From assembly GCA_024626585.2 (NCBI GenBank), contig JANKJI020000002.1, positions 199,114,582 through 199,134,936 on the forward strand: a stretch of 20,355 nt of DNA, given 5' to 3'. The notes under the pieces are model-generated. The model was not told the origin of the DNA. It did not search any database and saw only the letters and a program-made list of their open reading frames with translations. The stretch comes from Ginkgo biloba. Taxonomy: Eukaryota; Plantae; Ginkgophyta. The position numbers and the translations under genes are program-made. Shown here in pieces: positions 20,047 through 20,355 of the stretch (position 1 is the stretch's first letter; every line of letters starts with the position of its first letter).

Positions 20047-20355
20047 GACCCGATTCTCTGTCATCTGAAGATGAGAATGATATCTTATATTCTGCAGAAT
20101 CTGTCAGGGCCAACTTGAATATTCATGCTCCTGCTAAGTGGGATCATGAATCAAAGGATTGTTTGCGAAAGGAGTCTAAAAATGTTCACATACATGAAGA
20201 GTTGACTGACAGTGATGAGGATAAGGTTTCTACGAAAGATGCTGAGAGTATTACATATAGTAATGGCAGGCAAACCTATACCCTCCCTGGGAAAATAGCA
20301 AAGTTGTTGTATGCACATCAACGTGAAGGTATTAAATGGCTGTGGGTGCTTCACT
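20047..20355 (+). CDS. CHR24: CHR24 exon entering the SNF2 ATPase domain (truncated by window end; absent from the ORF track, no in-frame start codon near its 5' end)
   Basis: Follows a polypyrimidine tract and a 10-N gap. Open frame PDSLSSEDEND...AESITYSNGRQTYTLPGKIAKLLYAHQREGIKWLWVLH contains the SNF2 Q-motif and closely matches the recalled CHR24 sequence YTLPGKIATMLYPHQREGLNWLWSLH. Confidence 0.92.

Overview
Eukaryotic land-plant genomic DNA from a gappy assembly, probably a gymnosperm (inferred only from the retroelement type). Positions 1-15011 are a mosaic of decayed Ty3/gypsy LTR-retrotransposon pieces. Three carry an integrase C-terminus plus chromodomain with an adjacent 3' LTR. The rest are a probable solo LTR, an RT/RNase H fragment, and a nested 5' LTR-PBS-gag fragment. 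All coding parts are broken by stops or frameshifts. Positions ~15112-20355 hold the upstream region, a long first intron and the 5' coding exons of a SNF2-family chromatin remodeler recognisable as CHR24 (ERCC6L/PICH-like), which runs off the window end. I found no convincing new biological system. The best leads are: a CDE/E2F-4nt-CHR (DREAM-type) tandem site in the CHR24 promoter; an in-frame 43-codon duplication in the CHR24 N-terminus; an old ~130-155 bp tandem array in intron 1; a repeated CCGAC-N3-GTCGG palindrome in the LTRs; and a tail-to-tail retroelement pair centred on a 100-N gap, which may be an assembly artefact.
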